A DNA stretch of 64,000 nt from contig CAXXJV010000001.1 of NCBI GenBank assembly GCA_963663475.2, positions 1,440,001 to 1,504,000 on the forward strand. Direction: 5' to 3'. The stretch is from Candidatus Cloacimonadales bacterium (lineage in GTDB: Bacteria; Cloacimonadota; Cloacimonadia; Cloacimonadales; JAFGVF01). Below, piece after piece: positions 1 to 11,077 of this stretch (the first letter of the stretch is position 1; every line of letters begins with the position of its first letter). A program made the position numbers and the translations under genes. The notes beneath the pieces were generated by a model, which saw only the letters and a list, made by a program, of their open reading frames with translations, was not told where the DNA came from and made no database searches.

Positions 1-1109
1 AAATTATTACAGAACTCAAGAGAGTTGGATCATCTAACCCAATTTTTATGCTTGATGAAATAGATAAGTTGGGGAGAGACTTTAGAGGAGATCCAGCCTC
101 AGCATTGTTAGAAGTTCTTGATCCAGAACAAAACTTCTCTTTTGTGGACCACTATATTAACTTGCCTTATGATTTAACTGATGTAATGTTTATTACAACA
201 GCTAACTCACTTAGTACTATACCACAACCCCTGTTAGATAGAATGGAAATCATAGAGTTCTCTTCATATATAGAAGATGAAAAGATTGAGATAGCCAAGC
301 GTTATCTGATTCCTAGAGAGATAGAAAATAACGGTATTAAGAAAGCTCACGTTACAATGACAAAAAGTGCTTTACAAGAAATTATTCGTTATTATGTCAA
401 GGAAGCTGGAGTTCGATCTTTACAAAGAACTATAGGTACAGTTATGCGTAAAATAGCTAGAAAGGTAGCTGAAGGCCATGATTCTCCTGTGCGTGTTACC
501 AATAGCAATATTAAAGATTTTCTTGGCTTTAGGAAGTTCTCAACTGAAATGAAGAATAGAAAAGCTGAAGTTGGCATAACTACAGGTTTAGCTTGGACAA
601 GTTTTGGGGGAGAAATCTTATTTTGTGAGGCAATTAAGATGCCTGGTAAAGGTAATATTAAACTTACAGGTCAGCTAGGTAAGGTAATGCAAGAGTCTGC
701 TCAGATTGCTCTAAGCTACCTCCAAGCAAATCACAAGAAGTATAATATCTCTCCAGATATCTTTAGTCAGAATTCAATTCATATTCATTTCCCTGCTGGT
801 GCTATACCAAAAGATGGACCATCTGCAGGAGTAACTTTAACAACAACTTTAGCTTCACTACTTATGGACAAAAAAGTTAAGCATGATATTGCCATGACAG
901 GTGAGATAACCCTATTGGGTAAAGTATTGCCAATTGGAGGCTTGAGGGAGAAAATACTAGCTGCCAAAAGAGCTGGGATTAATCATGTTATTGTGCCTTT
1001 TGATAACCAAGATAGTATTGAAGAATTACCTGATTATATAAAGACAGGTATTAGAATAGATTATGCTAAAAACGTAGATGATATTCTTAACCAAGTACTG
1101 GTGGATTAA
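1..1109 (+). CDS. lon: Lon (endopeptidase La) protease, 5'-truncated by window edge
   Basis: Frame is open from base 3; MLDEIDK Walker B, GDPASALLEVLDPEQN, PKDGPSAG catalytic Ser, GGLREK catalytic Lys. Confidence 0.95.
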   Translation, partial: IITELKRVGSSNPIFMLDEIDKLGRDFRGDPASALLEVLDPEQNFSFVDHYINLPYDLTDVMFITTANSLSTIPQPLLDRMEIIEFSSYIEDEKIEIAKRYLIPREIENNGIKKAHVTMTKSALQEIIRYYVKEAGVRSLQRTIGTVMRKIARKVAEGHDSPVRVTNSNIKDFLGFRKFSTEMKNRKAEVGITTGLAWTSFGGEILFCEAIKMPGKGNIKLTGQLGKVMQESAQIALSYLQANHKKYNISPDIFSQNSIHIHFPAGAIPKDGPSAGVTLTTTLASLLMDKKVKHDIAMTGEITLLGKVLPIGGLREKILAAKRAGINHVIVPFDNQDSIEELPDYIKTGIRIDYAKNVDDILNQVLVD

Positions 1110-1115
1110 ATTTTA

Positions 1116-1150
1116 AGTAAGCTTGCTTACCAGTCCTAGGCAAGCTTACT
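1116..1150 (+). terminator. Stem-loop after lon, putative terminator
   Basis: agtaagcttgc...gcaagcttact inverted repeat just after the stop; no strong U-tract. Confidence 0.5.
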
Positions 1151-1224
1151 AGCTTATTGAAGATTTAAACCCATATAATGCAGTAGATAATTTTGGTTGA
1201 AAATTCGTAAAATAAAAGGATATA

Positions 1225-2703
1225 ATGCAAAAAAAACTTAAAAACAAACTTAACATTCTCTTAGATATTGATGAGAACTTTTACAATAAAGCAGAGTATG
1301 TCTTTAGAAGCTATTGTACTATTTTGCAAATTATACCAGTTTTCTATTATGGTAGCACAAGAAAGAAGATTGATATTTATTATGGTAGTAAGGTAAATAC
1401 TTCTTATCCAGTTACTATCAAATATAAGGAAGGAACCAGCGATTTCTTCCAGGCTAATAAATATTATCCTCAATTTAAGGTGAGGTTTAATAACTATAAA
1501 AATGAAAAGATACCTTTTTTCTTTTCAAGTCCAGGAGCTATATTTTCAGTTGGACGAGAATCTTATAGTATTAATAAGGATATCATTGCTTCTGGATTTT
1601 ACTTCCTTTCTTGCTGGAAAGAGTATGTTAATAAAAAAAACACAGATCCTGATATTAGATTTAAGTATCAAAACTCAATGCAATATAAGTGGGATTTTGC
1701 TGAGATCCCAGTTGTTGATGCCTACTGTGATATTCTGGATAATATCCTTGATTTGAGTCTAGTAGATTATGAAAAAAGCTTCCGGTGGCGTCATGAGCAT
1801 GGCTTTTGTGTAACCCTTTCTCATGATATAGATTATTGGGATGTGTGGAGCAAAGACCAATATAAGGCTATTATGAAGTATAATCAGGGCCGTCTTTTAA
1901 AAGATCCTTTCAGATCATTATATAAAATAATTGGGCATACTTTAACTAAAAATTTCTATAATCCTGAGAAAGCAATTAAGAAAATTCTTAATAAAGAAAA
2001 GAGGTTAGGGGTAAGATCTACTAATTTTATTCTTGTACAAGATAATTCAGAAGACAGAAGAAGAAATTACTTTTCTGATGATAAATATAAATCAGGGGTA
2101 AAAAAGGTTTTTTCTCCTCAGAATGTAGGTTTGCACGGTTCGCCAGATTCAGCATATTTTATTAAAGAAACTAAAAAAGAGCTGGAGAGATTACAGAAAA
2201 TCTTTCCAGACCAATTGGGTTATCGTTCTCATAAGCTTTCTTTTCAATATCAAAGTTCTTATGATATATTAGAAAAGATGAATTTAAAGTATGATGCTTC
2301 CCTTGGGTATTGGGAACATATAGGTTTCAGAGCTGGAATATCATTTCCTTTCTATCCTTATGATATAGATAATGATAAACCTTTCAATATCTTAGAAATT
2401 CCTTTGATTGTAATGGATACAACCCTAATTTCTAAATTGGGTATGGGACATAATCCATTTGTAGCTTCATATAGATTAGGTAAGTTAATTCAAAGGGCTA
2501 AGAAATTCCAATCACATATCTCACTTCTCTGGCATAATAATACTTTTGACTCTATAGATTACCCTGCTTGGTCATGGCTCTATTGGTCAACTATTAGAAA
2601 AGCAAAAAGAATGAGTGCTATGGTATGTTCAACTGATGATTTATATGACTATTGGATAAGGCGAATGGCCAATAATCAAGAATCAGATAATAATGATAAT
2701 TAA
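1225..2703 (+). CDS. Polysaccharide deacetylase-family protein
   Basis: LSHDID, GLHGS, GYRSHKL, YDASLGY...GFRAG, EIPLIVMDTTL, LLWHN motifs typical of NodB-like carbohydrate esterases. Confidence 0.75.
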   Translation: MQKKLKNKLNILLDIDENFYNKAEYVFRSYCTILQIIPVFYYGSTRKKIDIYYGSKVNTSYPVTIKYKEGTSDFFQANKYYPQFKVRFNNYKNEKIPFFFSSPGAIFSVGRESYSINKDIIASGFYFLSCWKEYVNKKNTDPDIRFKYQNSMQYKWDFAEIPVVDAYCDILDNILDLSLVDYEKSFRWRHEHGFCVTLSHDIDYWDVWSKDQYKAIMKYNQGRLLKDPFRSLYKIIGHTLTKNFYNPEKAIKKILNKEKRLGVRSTNFILVQDNSEDRRRNYFSDDKYKSGVKKVFSPQNVGLHGSPDSAYFIKETKKELERLQKIFPDQLGYRSHKLSFQYQSSYDILEKMNLKYDASLGYWEHIGFRAGISFPFYPYDIDNDKPFNILEIPLIVMDTTLISKLGMGHNPFVASYRLGKLIQRAKKFQSHISLLWHNNTFDSIDYPAWSWLYWSTIRKAKRMSAMVCSTDDLYDYWIRRMANNQESDNNDN

Positions 2704-2724
2704 TTATAATATAGAGGAGTATTG

Positions 2725-4992
2725 ATGAATTTAACAGACAACGCGAAAGTAGTGCTTGAAAAGAGGTACTATAAGAAAAATGACAAAGGAGAAATAGTAG
2801 AAAAATGGGAAAATCTTATTAGCCGAGTTGCTGATAATATTTCTCAGGGAGATAAAAAGAAATTTGACCGTTACTACAAACTTCTAGATTCTGGTAATTT
2901 CTTACCTAATTCTCCAACTCTTATGAATGCAGGCAATGATTTACAACAACTATCAGCCTGCTTTGTCCTTCCTCTTGAAGATTCTATGGAAGGTATTTTT
3001 ACCACAATTAAGAATGCTGCCATGATTCATAAAAGTGGAGGTGGAACAGGATTTTCTTTTAGTAAATTAAGAGAGACAAATGCAAGAGTCCGTTCTACTA
3101 ATGGTGTCTCTTCTGGTCCTATTAGCTTCTTGAAAGTATTTAACTCTGCCACAGATGCAGTAAAACAAGGTGGTACTAGAAGAGGGGCCAATATGGCTAT
3201 TCTAAGTGTTCAACACCCACAAATTATAGACTTCATTACCTGCAAAGAAGATACATCTGAACTCAATAACTTTAATATTTCTGTTGGTGTAACTGAAGAT
3301 TTTATGAAAGCAGTAAGAAATGATGATGATTTCCCTCTCATTTCCCCTCATGATCATGAAGTTAAAGAAACTTTAAAAGCTAGAGATATTTTTTCTTTAA
3401 TTGTTGATAAAGCCCATAAGAATGGAGAACCTGGTATTATTTTCTTAGATAGAATTAATAAGCATAATCCTACTCCACATATCGGGGAAATTGAATCAAC
3501 AAATCCATGCGGAGAACAACCTCTTCTTCCTAATGAAGCATGTAACTTAGGCTCAATCAATCTCGATAATTTCTACTCTCCTCAAGGCATTCAATGGGAT
3601 AGCCTTAAAGAAGTGATTTATGATTCAGTAGAATTCCTTGATGATGTGATTAATGTCTCTAATTTCCCACTTCCTGAAATTGATGAGATGGTTAAAGCAA
3701 ACCGTAAAATCGGCTTAGGTATTATGGGTTGGGCAGACTTACTCTTCCAAATGGGAATACCTTATAATAGCCAAGAAGCTGTTAGCTTAGCCAGAGATAT
3801 TATGGAGTTTATTGACTACCATAGTAAGGTTAAATCAATGGAACTAGCTAAAGAACATGGTTCTTTCCCTAATTTCACAGGTTCAATTTATGATAAAATG
3901 TCATTAATCAGACAAGATAATAAGTTCAAATGGGAGCAATTGAAAAGTCAAATAAAAGAAAATGGCCTCCGTAATGCTACTGCAACTACAATAGCTCCAA
4001 CAGGTACAATTTCTATGATTGCTGATACTTCTAGTGGCATAGAACCTCAATTCTCACTTGTCTATGTTAAATATGTTATGGACGGTGAAAAACTTATCTA
4101 TGTTAATAAACATCTCAAGGCTAGATTGCTTAAGGCTGGAATATACAGTGAAGACCTAATGGAGAAAATTTCAGAAGCAGGTGGACTAACCCATATAGAT
4201 GAAATTCCTCAGGATATCAAAGACATATTTGTAACTTCTCATGACATAGCTCCAGAATGGCATATTAGAATGCAGGCAGCCTTCCAAGAATATACTGATA
4301 ATGCTGTTTCTAAGACTATTAATTTCAAGAATGATGCTAGTCCAGAAGATATCAAAATGGCTTATGAACTTGCCTACGAAACAGGTTGTAAAGGTGTTAC
4401 TGTTTACCGTGATGGTTCACGCCAATTCCAAGTACTTAATGTAGGTAAAAAGATTAATGAAGAGAAAGAAAGTCAGCCTGCCAAACGTTCACCAAGAATT
4501 AGACCTGAGATTACTACTGGATTTACTCAAAAAATAGAAACTGGTTGTGGTCATATGTATGTTACTATCAATTCTGATGACCAAGGTGCTTGTGAAATGT
4601 TTATCCAAATGGGTAAGGTTGGTGGCTGTGCTTCAGCTCAGTTAGAAGCTCAAGCTCGCCTCATATCTATGGCCTTAAGAGCTGATATAGATATAGAATC
4701 TATCACAAGACAACTTAAAGGTATTAGATGTCCTTCGCCAATGTGGAACAAGGGTAAGTTAGTAACTTCTTGTTCTGATGCTGTTGCAACTGCTCTCCAA
4801 AAGTTTATGGAAATTAATGAATTAAACGATATAGCTAAGATCAATATTCAAACAGGTCCAGAAAAAGGCGGAGAAAGTATAGAAAAACCAAAATCAAATA
4901 CTGCTATTAAAACCTGCCCTGAGTGTGGCTCAACTGTCTATCATGAAGAAGGCTGTTTAAAATGCCATGCCTGTGGTTGGTCTAAGTGCTAG
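2725..4992 (+). CDS. nrdJ: Adenosylcobalamin-dependent class II ribonucleotide reductase with C-terminal TSCPD domain and zinc ribbon
   Basis: PNSPTLMNAG, LSACFV, TNPCGEQPL, IAPTGTIS, KGVTVYRDG, TSCSDA, CPECG...CHACGWSKC; GAGGAG RBS upstream. Confidence 0.93.
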   Translation: MNLTDNAKVVLEKRYYKKNDKGEIVEKWENLISRVADNISQGDKKKFDRYYKLLDSGNFLPNSPTLMNAGNDLQQLSACFVLPLEDSMEGIFTTIKNAAMIHKSGGGTGFSFSKLRETNARVRSTNGVSSGPISFLKVFNSATDAVKQGGTRRGANMAILSVQHPQIIDFITCKEDTSELNNFNISVGVTEDFMKAVRNDDDFPLISPHDHEVKETLKARDIFSLIVDKAHKNGEPGIIFLDRINKHNPTPHIGEIESTNPCGEQPLLPNEACNLGSINLDNFYSPQGIQWDSLKEVIYDSVEFLDDVINVSNFPLPEIDEMVKANRKIGLGIMGWADLLFQMGIPYNSQEAVSLARDIMEFIDYHSKVKSMELAKEHGSFPNFTGSIYDKMSLIRQDNKFKWEQLKSQIKENGLRNATATTIAPTGTISMIADTSSGIEPQFSLVYVKYVMDGEKLIYVNKHLKARLLKAGIYSEDLMEKISEAGGLTHIDEIPQDIKDIFVTSHDIAPEWHIRMQAAFQEYTDNAVSKTINFKNDASPEDIKMAYELAYETGCKGVTVYRDGSRQFQVLNVGKKINEEKESQPAKRSPRIRPEITTGFTQKIETGCGHMYVTINSDDQGACEMFIQMGKVGGCASAQLEAQARLISMALRADIDIESITRQLKGIRCPSPMWNKGKLVTSCSDAVATALQKFMEINELNDIAKINIQTGPEKGGESIEKPKSNTAIKTCPECGSTVYHEEGCLKCHACGWSKC

Positions 4993-4999
4993 TAGTTTA

Positions 5000-5193
5000 A
5001 AGCCAATAATGCTGGAGATCTTTGAGTATCCAGAATATTCTTTTGCAAAAGTAAGATTCTTAATTCTACCGTATATATATATATTATATGCGTCTGAATT
5101 CTGTAAGTTTTTTGCTAAAAGAATCTGCACTATTCACCTGTGATACCTAGCTTTAGCCAAGTATTACTAAAGTTCTACTCCATCATTAGAGTT
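5000..5193 (+). mobile_element. MITE-like palindromic repeat family A, copy with ~30-bp insert
   Basis: Matches family core gaatattcttttgcaaaagtaag...ttttgctaaaagaatctgcact; insert cctgtgatacctagctttagccaagtattact. Confidence 0.8.
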
Positions 5194-5233
5194 TAAAAAT
5201 AAAGTAATGTAAGAAATTAATTAATTAAGCTAT

Positions 5234-5268
5234 AAAAGCTGAATCTTCTAGTAAGATTCAGCTTTTTT
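5234..5268. terminator. Bidirectional-looking intrinsic terminator
   Basis: aaaagctgaatctt-ctagt-aagattcagctttttt. Confidence 0.65.
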
Positions 5269-5422
5269 GCTTTTACCCAAAAGCTTTGTTTGAACAAAAT
5301 CCCAAATAATGCAGTAGATCTTTGAGTATAGCAGAATATTATTGTATTAGAAGATTTATATTGACAAGTATAAATTAAGTCATATTGTACGTAAAACATT
5401 TGAGAGAAAGAGGTTTAAGATT

Positions 5423-8400
5423 ATGGCTGAGAAGAAAAATTTACTATTTTTACTACTAACTTTTTTAATAACTATCTTAAATTGTCAGATTTATATCAAT
5501 GAAGTTGTAGCTTCTAATCAGACGATTATAGCAGACTATTATGGAGAGTATGGCGATTGGATAGAGCTCTATAATAATTATGACTATGATTTTGATTTAA
5601 GTAACTATTTTTTATCTGATGATCAAGATGAACTTGAACAATGGCAATTCCCAGAGATAACTATTCCTGCCCAAACTTTTATGCTAATCTGGGCTGACAA
5701 CAATGATGAGATTGACCCTCAAGGTTATCTTCATACAAATTTTAAAATAGGCAGTGATGAAAGTGTCTTCTTGTCTTCACCCGATACCCTTATTATCGAT
5801 ATGGTTACCTTGCCATCACCACCTTCAGATTATTCTTATGGTAGAGAAAGTGAAACATCTAATGAGTGGTTTTTCTTCCCTCAACCTACACCAAATCAGC
5901 CTAACTCAGGAGGATATGCTGGCTTTTTGGATAATCCCACACCCTCACATGAAGCTGGATTTTATGATTCTTCCTTTGCTCTAAGTTTCACTAATATTGA
6001 AGAAGGAGCAGTTTTATACTATACCCTTGATGGCTCAGAACCAGTAATTGGGGGAGAAAATACTTTTGTTTATAATCCTCAGGAAACCTTAATTATCGAA
6101 GATTTAAGCAATCAAGCTAATAATCTATCTGAGATTAGAACAACTGTGGAAAACGATGATAATCATTGGACTGATCAGTGGTTTCCTCCTGCAGGACTAG
6201 TGAAAAAAGCTAGGATTATTAGATGTCAAGTACTGAAAGCTAATCATTTACCTAGTGACCAACTATACCTAACTTACTTTGTAGGGCAAGACTTCTCAAC
6301 TGATTTTGCTGGAATTCCTTTAGTCTCTTTAATAACTAACCCTAGTGGTTACTTTGATGACTATGAGGGTATTTATGTTCCTGGAAAAGATGAAAATGGA
6401 GACCCAATAACTGAGTCCTTACAAGCACATTATCAAGAAAACTGGGAAAGACATACCTTCTTGCAGATGTGGGAAACTGATAGAAATCAGGGCTTTACTA
6501 CTCAATGTCTATCAGAAATACACGGTTCTGCCTCAGCAAGACTGATGAGGAAAGGTTTGAGAATGGGCTTTAAAGGTTCTTTAGGTTATGAGGATTTAAC
6601 CTATGACCTTTTTCAAGATAACATTACTGAAACATATAACTCTATTATTCTAAGAGCTTCCGGTCAAGATGCTCAACATACACTCTTTAGAGATGGTTTA
6701 GGACAGGTAATTTTTGAAAAGCAAGGCCTTGGAACTTCACCCTTTAAACCAGTAATCTTGTTCATTAATGGAGAATATTGGGGTATTCATAACTGGCGTG
6801 AAAGATCTGACGAAGAATATGCTGAGAGATTATATGGCGTTGATGTAGATGAAATGGATTTTCTGGAAAATAGTGGCTCTGCTAACCCAGAAGAAAGAGT
6901 TGGTAGCAGAACTAGGTATTCTTCAATATTGAACTATGTTAAAAATAATGATCTAGATATCAGCCAGAATTATCAAGAAATCACAGAAATGATTGATATC
7001 GAGAATTATATCAATTATTATATAGCTGAGATTTTTGTAGCTAATTCAGATTGGCCAGCCTATAATGTAAGAATGTGGAGACATAAAACAGAAATCAACA
7101 ACCCTAATATCTTTTTTAATCCTGATGCTAATAATCCTTATGAAGATGGCAGGTTTCGCTGGATGATATACGACCTTGATCAAGCTTTAGGACGTTTCCA
7201 TAATTATAATAGTAATACCCTACAAACTGCTGCAAGTGTAGGTTCTTGGAATGATAACTTTTTCTTACTTTTCCGAAAGCTTATTGGTGCTAGTGATGCT
7301 AATGGCTTAACTGTTACTGATAATAATGGACTCTATTCTAACGGAAGTCAAGACTTTAGAGATAGATTTGTTAGGACATTTTGTGATGCCCTAAATACCT
7401 ATCTCTTACCGCAAAGAACTAATGACCTCCTCCTAACTACTAGAGACCTCTACTCTCCCTATATGGAAGAACATGTGGCTAGATGGGGTCTGCCTGAAGA
7501 TGTAAGCGACTGGAATAGCTATGTCAATGGCTTAATGGATTTTCTTAATAACAGACCAAATGTTATCAGAAATCAGTTAGCTAATAAGTTTCAGTTAACT
7601 AATGGCTCAAGTAATCTAACAGTTAATATAAATAATGATCAAATGGGCTATGTTATCTTGAATTCTATTAAAATTGGGGCGGATGTGGATTATGAATCTG
7701 CTCCATTTACAGGACAGTACTTCAATGGCTTAACCTTACACTTACAAGCTATAGCAAAGCCTGGTTATAGATTCGTTAGCTGGGCAGAAAATCGAAATAC
7801 AAGTGATTCTCTGGAGATAACTTTTACCGAAGATACCAGCCTAACTGCTATTTTTGAGCTTGATGATGGAGTCTTTCAAGGCGATTTAATGAATCCTCAA
7901 GCATGGGATTTAAACAATGGTCCTTATCAATTATTGGATTTTTCTCCTGAAACACCTGCAGGACAATATCCCAATAATATGAGATTCTTAATAACTTCAT
8001 TAGTAGATCCTAATATAGATGCTGAATTGACTAGCTATTATTCCTCACCCTATAATATGGACTCTAAATCAAGAATTAATGGACTTGACGGAGACGGTAT
8101 CTCATTTATTAACACAAGCACTCCAGCAATAAATGGCTTAGAAACAAGTGGCTATATGGGAGCATGTATTTTGGCTTTAAATACTAGTGGACTGTCTGAT
8201 ATAAAACTAAACTATACTGTTGAAACTATGGAAGCTAATAGTCGCCTATATGGACTTTCATTATTATATAGAACCAGTATTAATGGTAACTGGTTACCTG
8301 TCCTTGCTAATAATGAACCTATCACTTATCAAGCAGGAGAAGATGGACATGTTAAGAGCTACTTCAGCCTGCAACTTCCTCCAGATTTAGCTGATAAACC

Positions 8401-9181
8401 TTATTTTCAATTATGCTGGCGCTATCATTATCTCTCAGGTGATAGTGGTTCCAGAACAATGTTAAGATTGGATGACATTCTGGTATATAATAATGCTTTA
8501 GACGATATCAGTAATATTAGGATAAACGAAGTAATGTCTGATAATGAAAACTTTGAACATGATTTGGCTATTGATGATTTGGGTGACAGGTCTGATTGGA
8601 TTGAGCTTTATAATGCTAGTAGCCAAGATATTAACCTCTTAGGATCTTACCTCAGTGATGATGAAGAAAAATATGGCCAATGGTTACTTCCTAATCTAAC
8701 CCTAAGTCCTGACCAATATCTTCTTGTCAGAGCCTCTAAAAGTAATAGACAGAATCCTAATCAAATCTTGCATACTAACTTTAGTCTCAAAGCTTCAGGA
8801 GAAGCTCTATATCTTACTGATTACCAAGGAAATCTTATTGATTCTATGCCAGAAATTGAGATACCTCAAGATTACTCTTATGGTAGATTACTAGATAATC
8901 CTGCTGAATGGTCTTTCTTTATAATCCCAAGTCCTGCTAGCCCTAATCAAATAATAGCTATTTCAGCCCCAAGTAATGTGGCAATAACTTATCAGAATGC
9001 TAGCTTAACCCTGGTCTGGGATAGTCTTCCTAATGCTACTAGTTATAAAGTTTATAGTGCAGATGAACCTCATGCTGAAGATTGGTACTTGGAAAGTGAA
9101 AATATACTTACCCCTTCTTATAGTATAAATAATCTAGAAGTAACTAGTAAAAAGTTTTACAAGATTATAGCTCTTTATTAA
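5423..9181 (+). CDS. Secreted CotH-kinase-family protein with two lamin-tail domains, FN3-associated domain and C-terminal FN3-like domain
   Basis: N-terminal signal peptide; INEV..N...DWIELYN twice; YYTLDGSEP; NGEYWGIHNWRER, NSDWPAYN, WMIYDLD CotH motifs. Confidence 0.8.
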   Translation: MAEKKNLLFLLLTFLITILNCQIYINEVVASNQTIIADYYGEYGDWIELYNNYDYDFDLSNYFLSDDQDELEQWQFPEITIPAQTFMLIWADNNDEIDPQGYLHTNFKIGSDESVFLSSPDTLIIDMVTLPSPPSDYSYGRESETSNEWFFFPQPTPNQPNSGGYAGFLDNPTPSHEAGFYDSSFALSFTNIEEGAVLYYTLDGSEPVIGGENTFVYNPQETLIIEDLSNQANNLSEIRTTVENDDNHWTDQWFPPAGLVKKARIIRCQVLKANHLPSDQLYLTYFVGQDFSTDFAGIPLVSLITNPSGYFDDYEGIYVPGKDENGDPITESLQAHYQENWERHTFLQMWETDRNQGFTTQCLSEIHGSASARLMRKGLRMGFKGSLGYEDLTYDLFQDNITETYNSIILRASGQDAQHTLFRDGLGQVIFEKQGLGTSPFKPVILFINGEYWGIHNWRERSDEEYAERLYGVDVDEMDFLENSGSANPEERVGSRTRYSSILNYVKNNDLDISQNYQEITEMIDIENYINYYIAEIFVANSDWPAYNVRMWRHKTEINNPNIFFNPDANNPYEDGRFRWMIYDLDQALGRFHNYNSNTLQTAASVGSWNDNFFLLFRKLIGASDANGLTVTDNNGLYSNGSQDFRDRFVRTFCDALNTYLLPQRTNDLLLTTRDLYSPYMEEHVARWGLPEDVSDWNSYVNGLMDFLNNRPNVIRNQLANKFQLTNGSSNLTVNINNDQMGYVILNSIKIGADVDYESAPFTGQYFNGLTLHLQAIAKPGYRFVSWAENRNTSDSLEITFTEDTSLTAIFELDDGVFQGDLMNPQAWDLNNGPYQLLDFSPETPAGQYPNNMRFLITSLVDPNIDAELTSYYSSPYNMDSKSRINGLDGDGISFINTSTPAINGLETSGYMGACILALNTSGLSDIKLNYTVETMEANSRLYGLSLLYRTSINGNWLPVLANNEPITYQAGEDGHVKSYFSLQLPPDLADKPYFQLCWRYHYLSGDSGSRTMLRLDDILVYNNALDDISNIRINEVMSDNENFEHDLAIDDLGDRSDWIELYNASSQDINLLGSYLSDDEEKYGQWLLPNLTLSPDQYLLVRASKSNRQNPNQILHTNFSLKASGEALYLTDYQGNLIDSMPEIEIPQDYSYGRLLDNPAEWSFFIIPSPASPNQIIAISAPSNVAITYQNASLTLVWDSLPNATSYKVYSADEPHAEDWYLESENILTPSYSINNLEVTSKKFYKIIALY

Positions 9182-9372
9182 ACCAAGATAGTGTTGTAGA
9201 ACTTTAGTAATACTTCGCTAAAGCTATGTGTCACAGGTGAAGAGTGCAGATTATTCTAGCAAAATAGCTTACAGAATTTCGAGGCATATAATATATATTC
9301 GGAGAAATTATGGATCTTACTTTTGCAGAAGGGTATTCTGCTATTCACAAAGGTCTACTGCACTTTTTAGTT
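9181..9372 (-). mobile_element. MITE-like family A copy (reverse orientation, with insert)
   Basis: Reverse complement matches the copies at 5000 and 44614; begins at the TAA stop of the CotH gene. Confidence 0.8.
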
Positions 9373-9512
9373 AAATTATTCTTCTTAGATAATTTTACTA
9401 AATCCTATTCCTTATTCAGGATTTATAAAAAAAAAGCTTGCCTTCTAAAAGTAGTTTTTTAAAACTTACATGTTATAATAAACATAAATAATATTTAAAT
9501 AAAGGAGAAGCT

Positions 9513-11066
9513 ATGTCAGCTACCTTACAGAAAATTCAAGAGCTTAAAGCTCGTGAAGCTAAAGTAGAAATGATGGGCGGTGAAGCTCAAGTAGCAAAAC
9601 AACATAATAGTGGAAAACTAACTGCAAGAGAGAGAATTAACCTCTTGTTTGATGCTGGAACTTTTAGAGAAATTGATAAATTTGTTGCTCATCGTTGCAC
9701 TAATTTCGGAATGCAAAAAGTAGATATTCCTTCTGATGGTGTGATAACAGGTCATGGATTAGTGAATGGCAGACCAGTATTTGCTTACTCACAAGATTTT
9801 ACTGCTAGAGCAGGTTCTCTTGGTGAAATGCATGCTGCTAAAATCACTAAAGTAATGGATATGGCTATGAAATCAGGTGTACCTGTAGTGGGTATGAATG
9901 ATTCAGGTGGAGCTCGTATCCAAGAAGGAATTGATGCTCTTAAAGGTTACGGTGATATATTCTTTAGGAATTCCAGAGCTTCTGGTGTAATACCTCAGAT
10001 TTCCTGTATCATGGGACCATGTGCTGGTGGAGCTGTGTATTCTCCAGCAATGACAGATTTTATCTATATGGTAAAAAATTCTTCCTTTATGTTCATTACT
10101 GGCCCAGATGTAATTAAAGCTGTGACAGGTGAGATGACAGATAAAGAAAGCTTAGGCGGAGCAATGGCTCATAATGAGTCTTCTGGAGTAGCTCATTTCG
10201 CTTGTGAAACTGATGAACATGCTATTAATTCTATCAAAGAACTCCTTTCTTTCCTTCCTAATAATAATATGGAAGAACCACCATATGTAGCAAGCTCTGA
10301 TCCTGCTCATAGAATCTGTGAAGACCTTAATACTATAATCCCTGATAATCCTAGCAAACCCTATGATGTAAAAGATATTATCAGATCTATTGCTGATGAT
10401 AGCCACTTCTATGAACCACATGAATACTATGCAAAGAATATTGTGATAGGTTTCATCAGACTCAATGGTAGGTCTGTTGGTATTATAGCTAACCAACCTA
10501 TGGTACTTGCTGGCTGTCTTGATATTGATGCCTCAGATAAAGCCTCTCGTTTCATTAGATTCTGTGATGCTTTCAATATCCCTCTTCTCTCAATAGTAGA
10601 TGTTCCAGGTTACTTACCTGGTGTACACCAAGAGCATAGTGGTATTATTAGACATGGTGCTAAATTGCTTTGGGTTTATTCTGAAGCTACAGTTCCTAAA
10701 TTAACTTTAGTTACTCGTAAGAACTATGGTGGCTCATATATAGCTATGTCTTCAAGACACTTAGGTGCGGATATGGTATTTGCATGGCCTACTGCTGAAA
10801 TTGCTGTTATGGGAGCTAAGGGTGCAGCTAATATTATCTATAGAAAAGATATTATGAAAGCTGAAGATCAAGATGCAAAAAGAGCTGAATGTATTAATGA
10901 ATACGAAGAACTATTCAATAACCCATACGTAGCTGCTTCACGTGGTTATGTTGACGCAATTATTGAACCTAAAGAAACTAGAATGAGACTCATTGAAGCT
11001 CTGGAAATTCTTTCTACAAAGAGTGAATCACTTCCTCCTAAAAAACATGGTAACCTTCCAGTATAG
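9513..11066 (+). CDS. Methylmalonyl-CoA/propionyl-CoA carboxyltransferase subunit (12S/MmdA/PccB-like)
   Basis: GKLTARERI, DSGGARIQEG, GPCAGGAVYSPA, RHGAKLL, C-terminal KKHGNLPV. Confidence 0.9.
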   Translation: MSATLQKIQELKAREAKVEMMGGEAQVAKQHNSGKLTARERINLLFDAGTFREIDKFVAHRCTNFGMQKVDIPSDGVITGHGLVNGRPVFAYSQDFTARAGSLGEMHAAKITKVMDMAMKSGVPVVGMNDSGGARIQEGIDALKGYGDIFFRNSRASGVIPQISCIMGPCAGGAVYSPAMTDFIYMVKNSSFMFITGPDVIKAVTGEMTDKESLGGAMAHNESSGVAHFACETDEHAINSIKELLSFLPNNNMEEPPYVASSDPAHRICEDLNTIIPDNPSKPYDVKDIIRSIADDSHFYEPHEYYAKNIVIGFIRLNGRSVGIIANQPMVLAGCLDIDASDKASRFIRFCDAFNIPLLSIVDVPGYLPGVHQEHSGIIRHGAKLLWVYSEATVPKLTLVTRKNYGGSYIAMSSRHLGADMVFAWPTAEIAVMGAKGAANIIYRKDIMKAEDQDAKRAECINEYEELFNNPYVAASRGYVDAIIEPKETRMRLIEALEILSTKSESLPPKKHGNLPV

Positions 11067-11077
11067 TGAGGTTGAAA

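Noticed and set aside
392-967. Antisense ORFs within long genes (including the similar ones at 785-967 and 41428-41625)
   Set aside because: Shadow frames of conserved coding sequence; the similarity reflects the Lon paralogy
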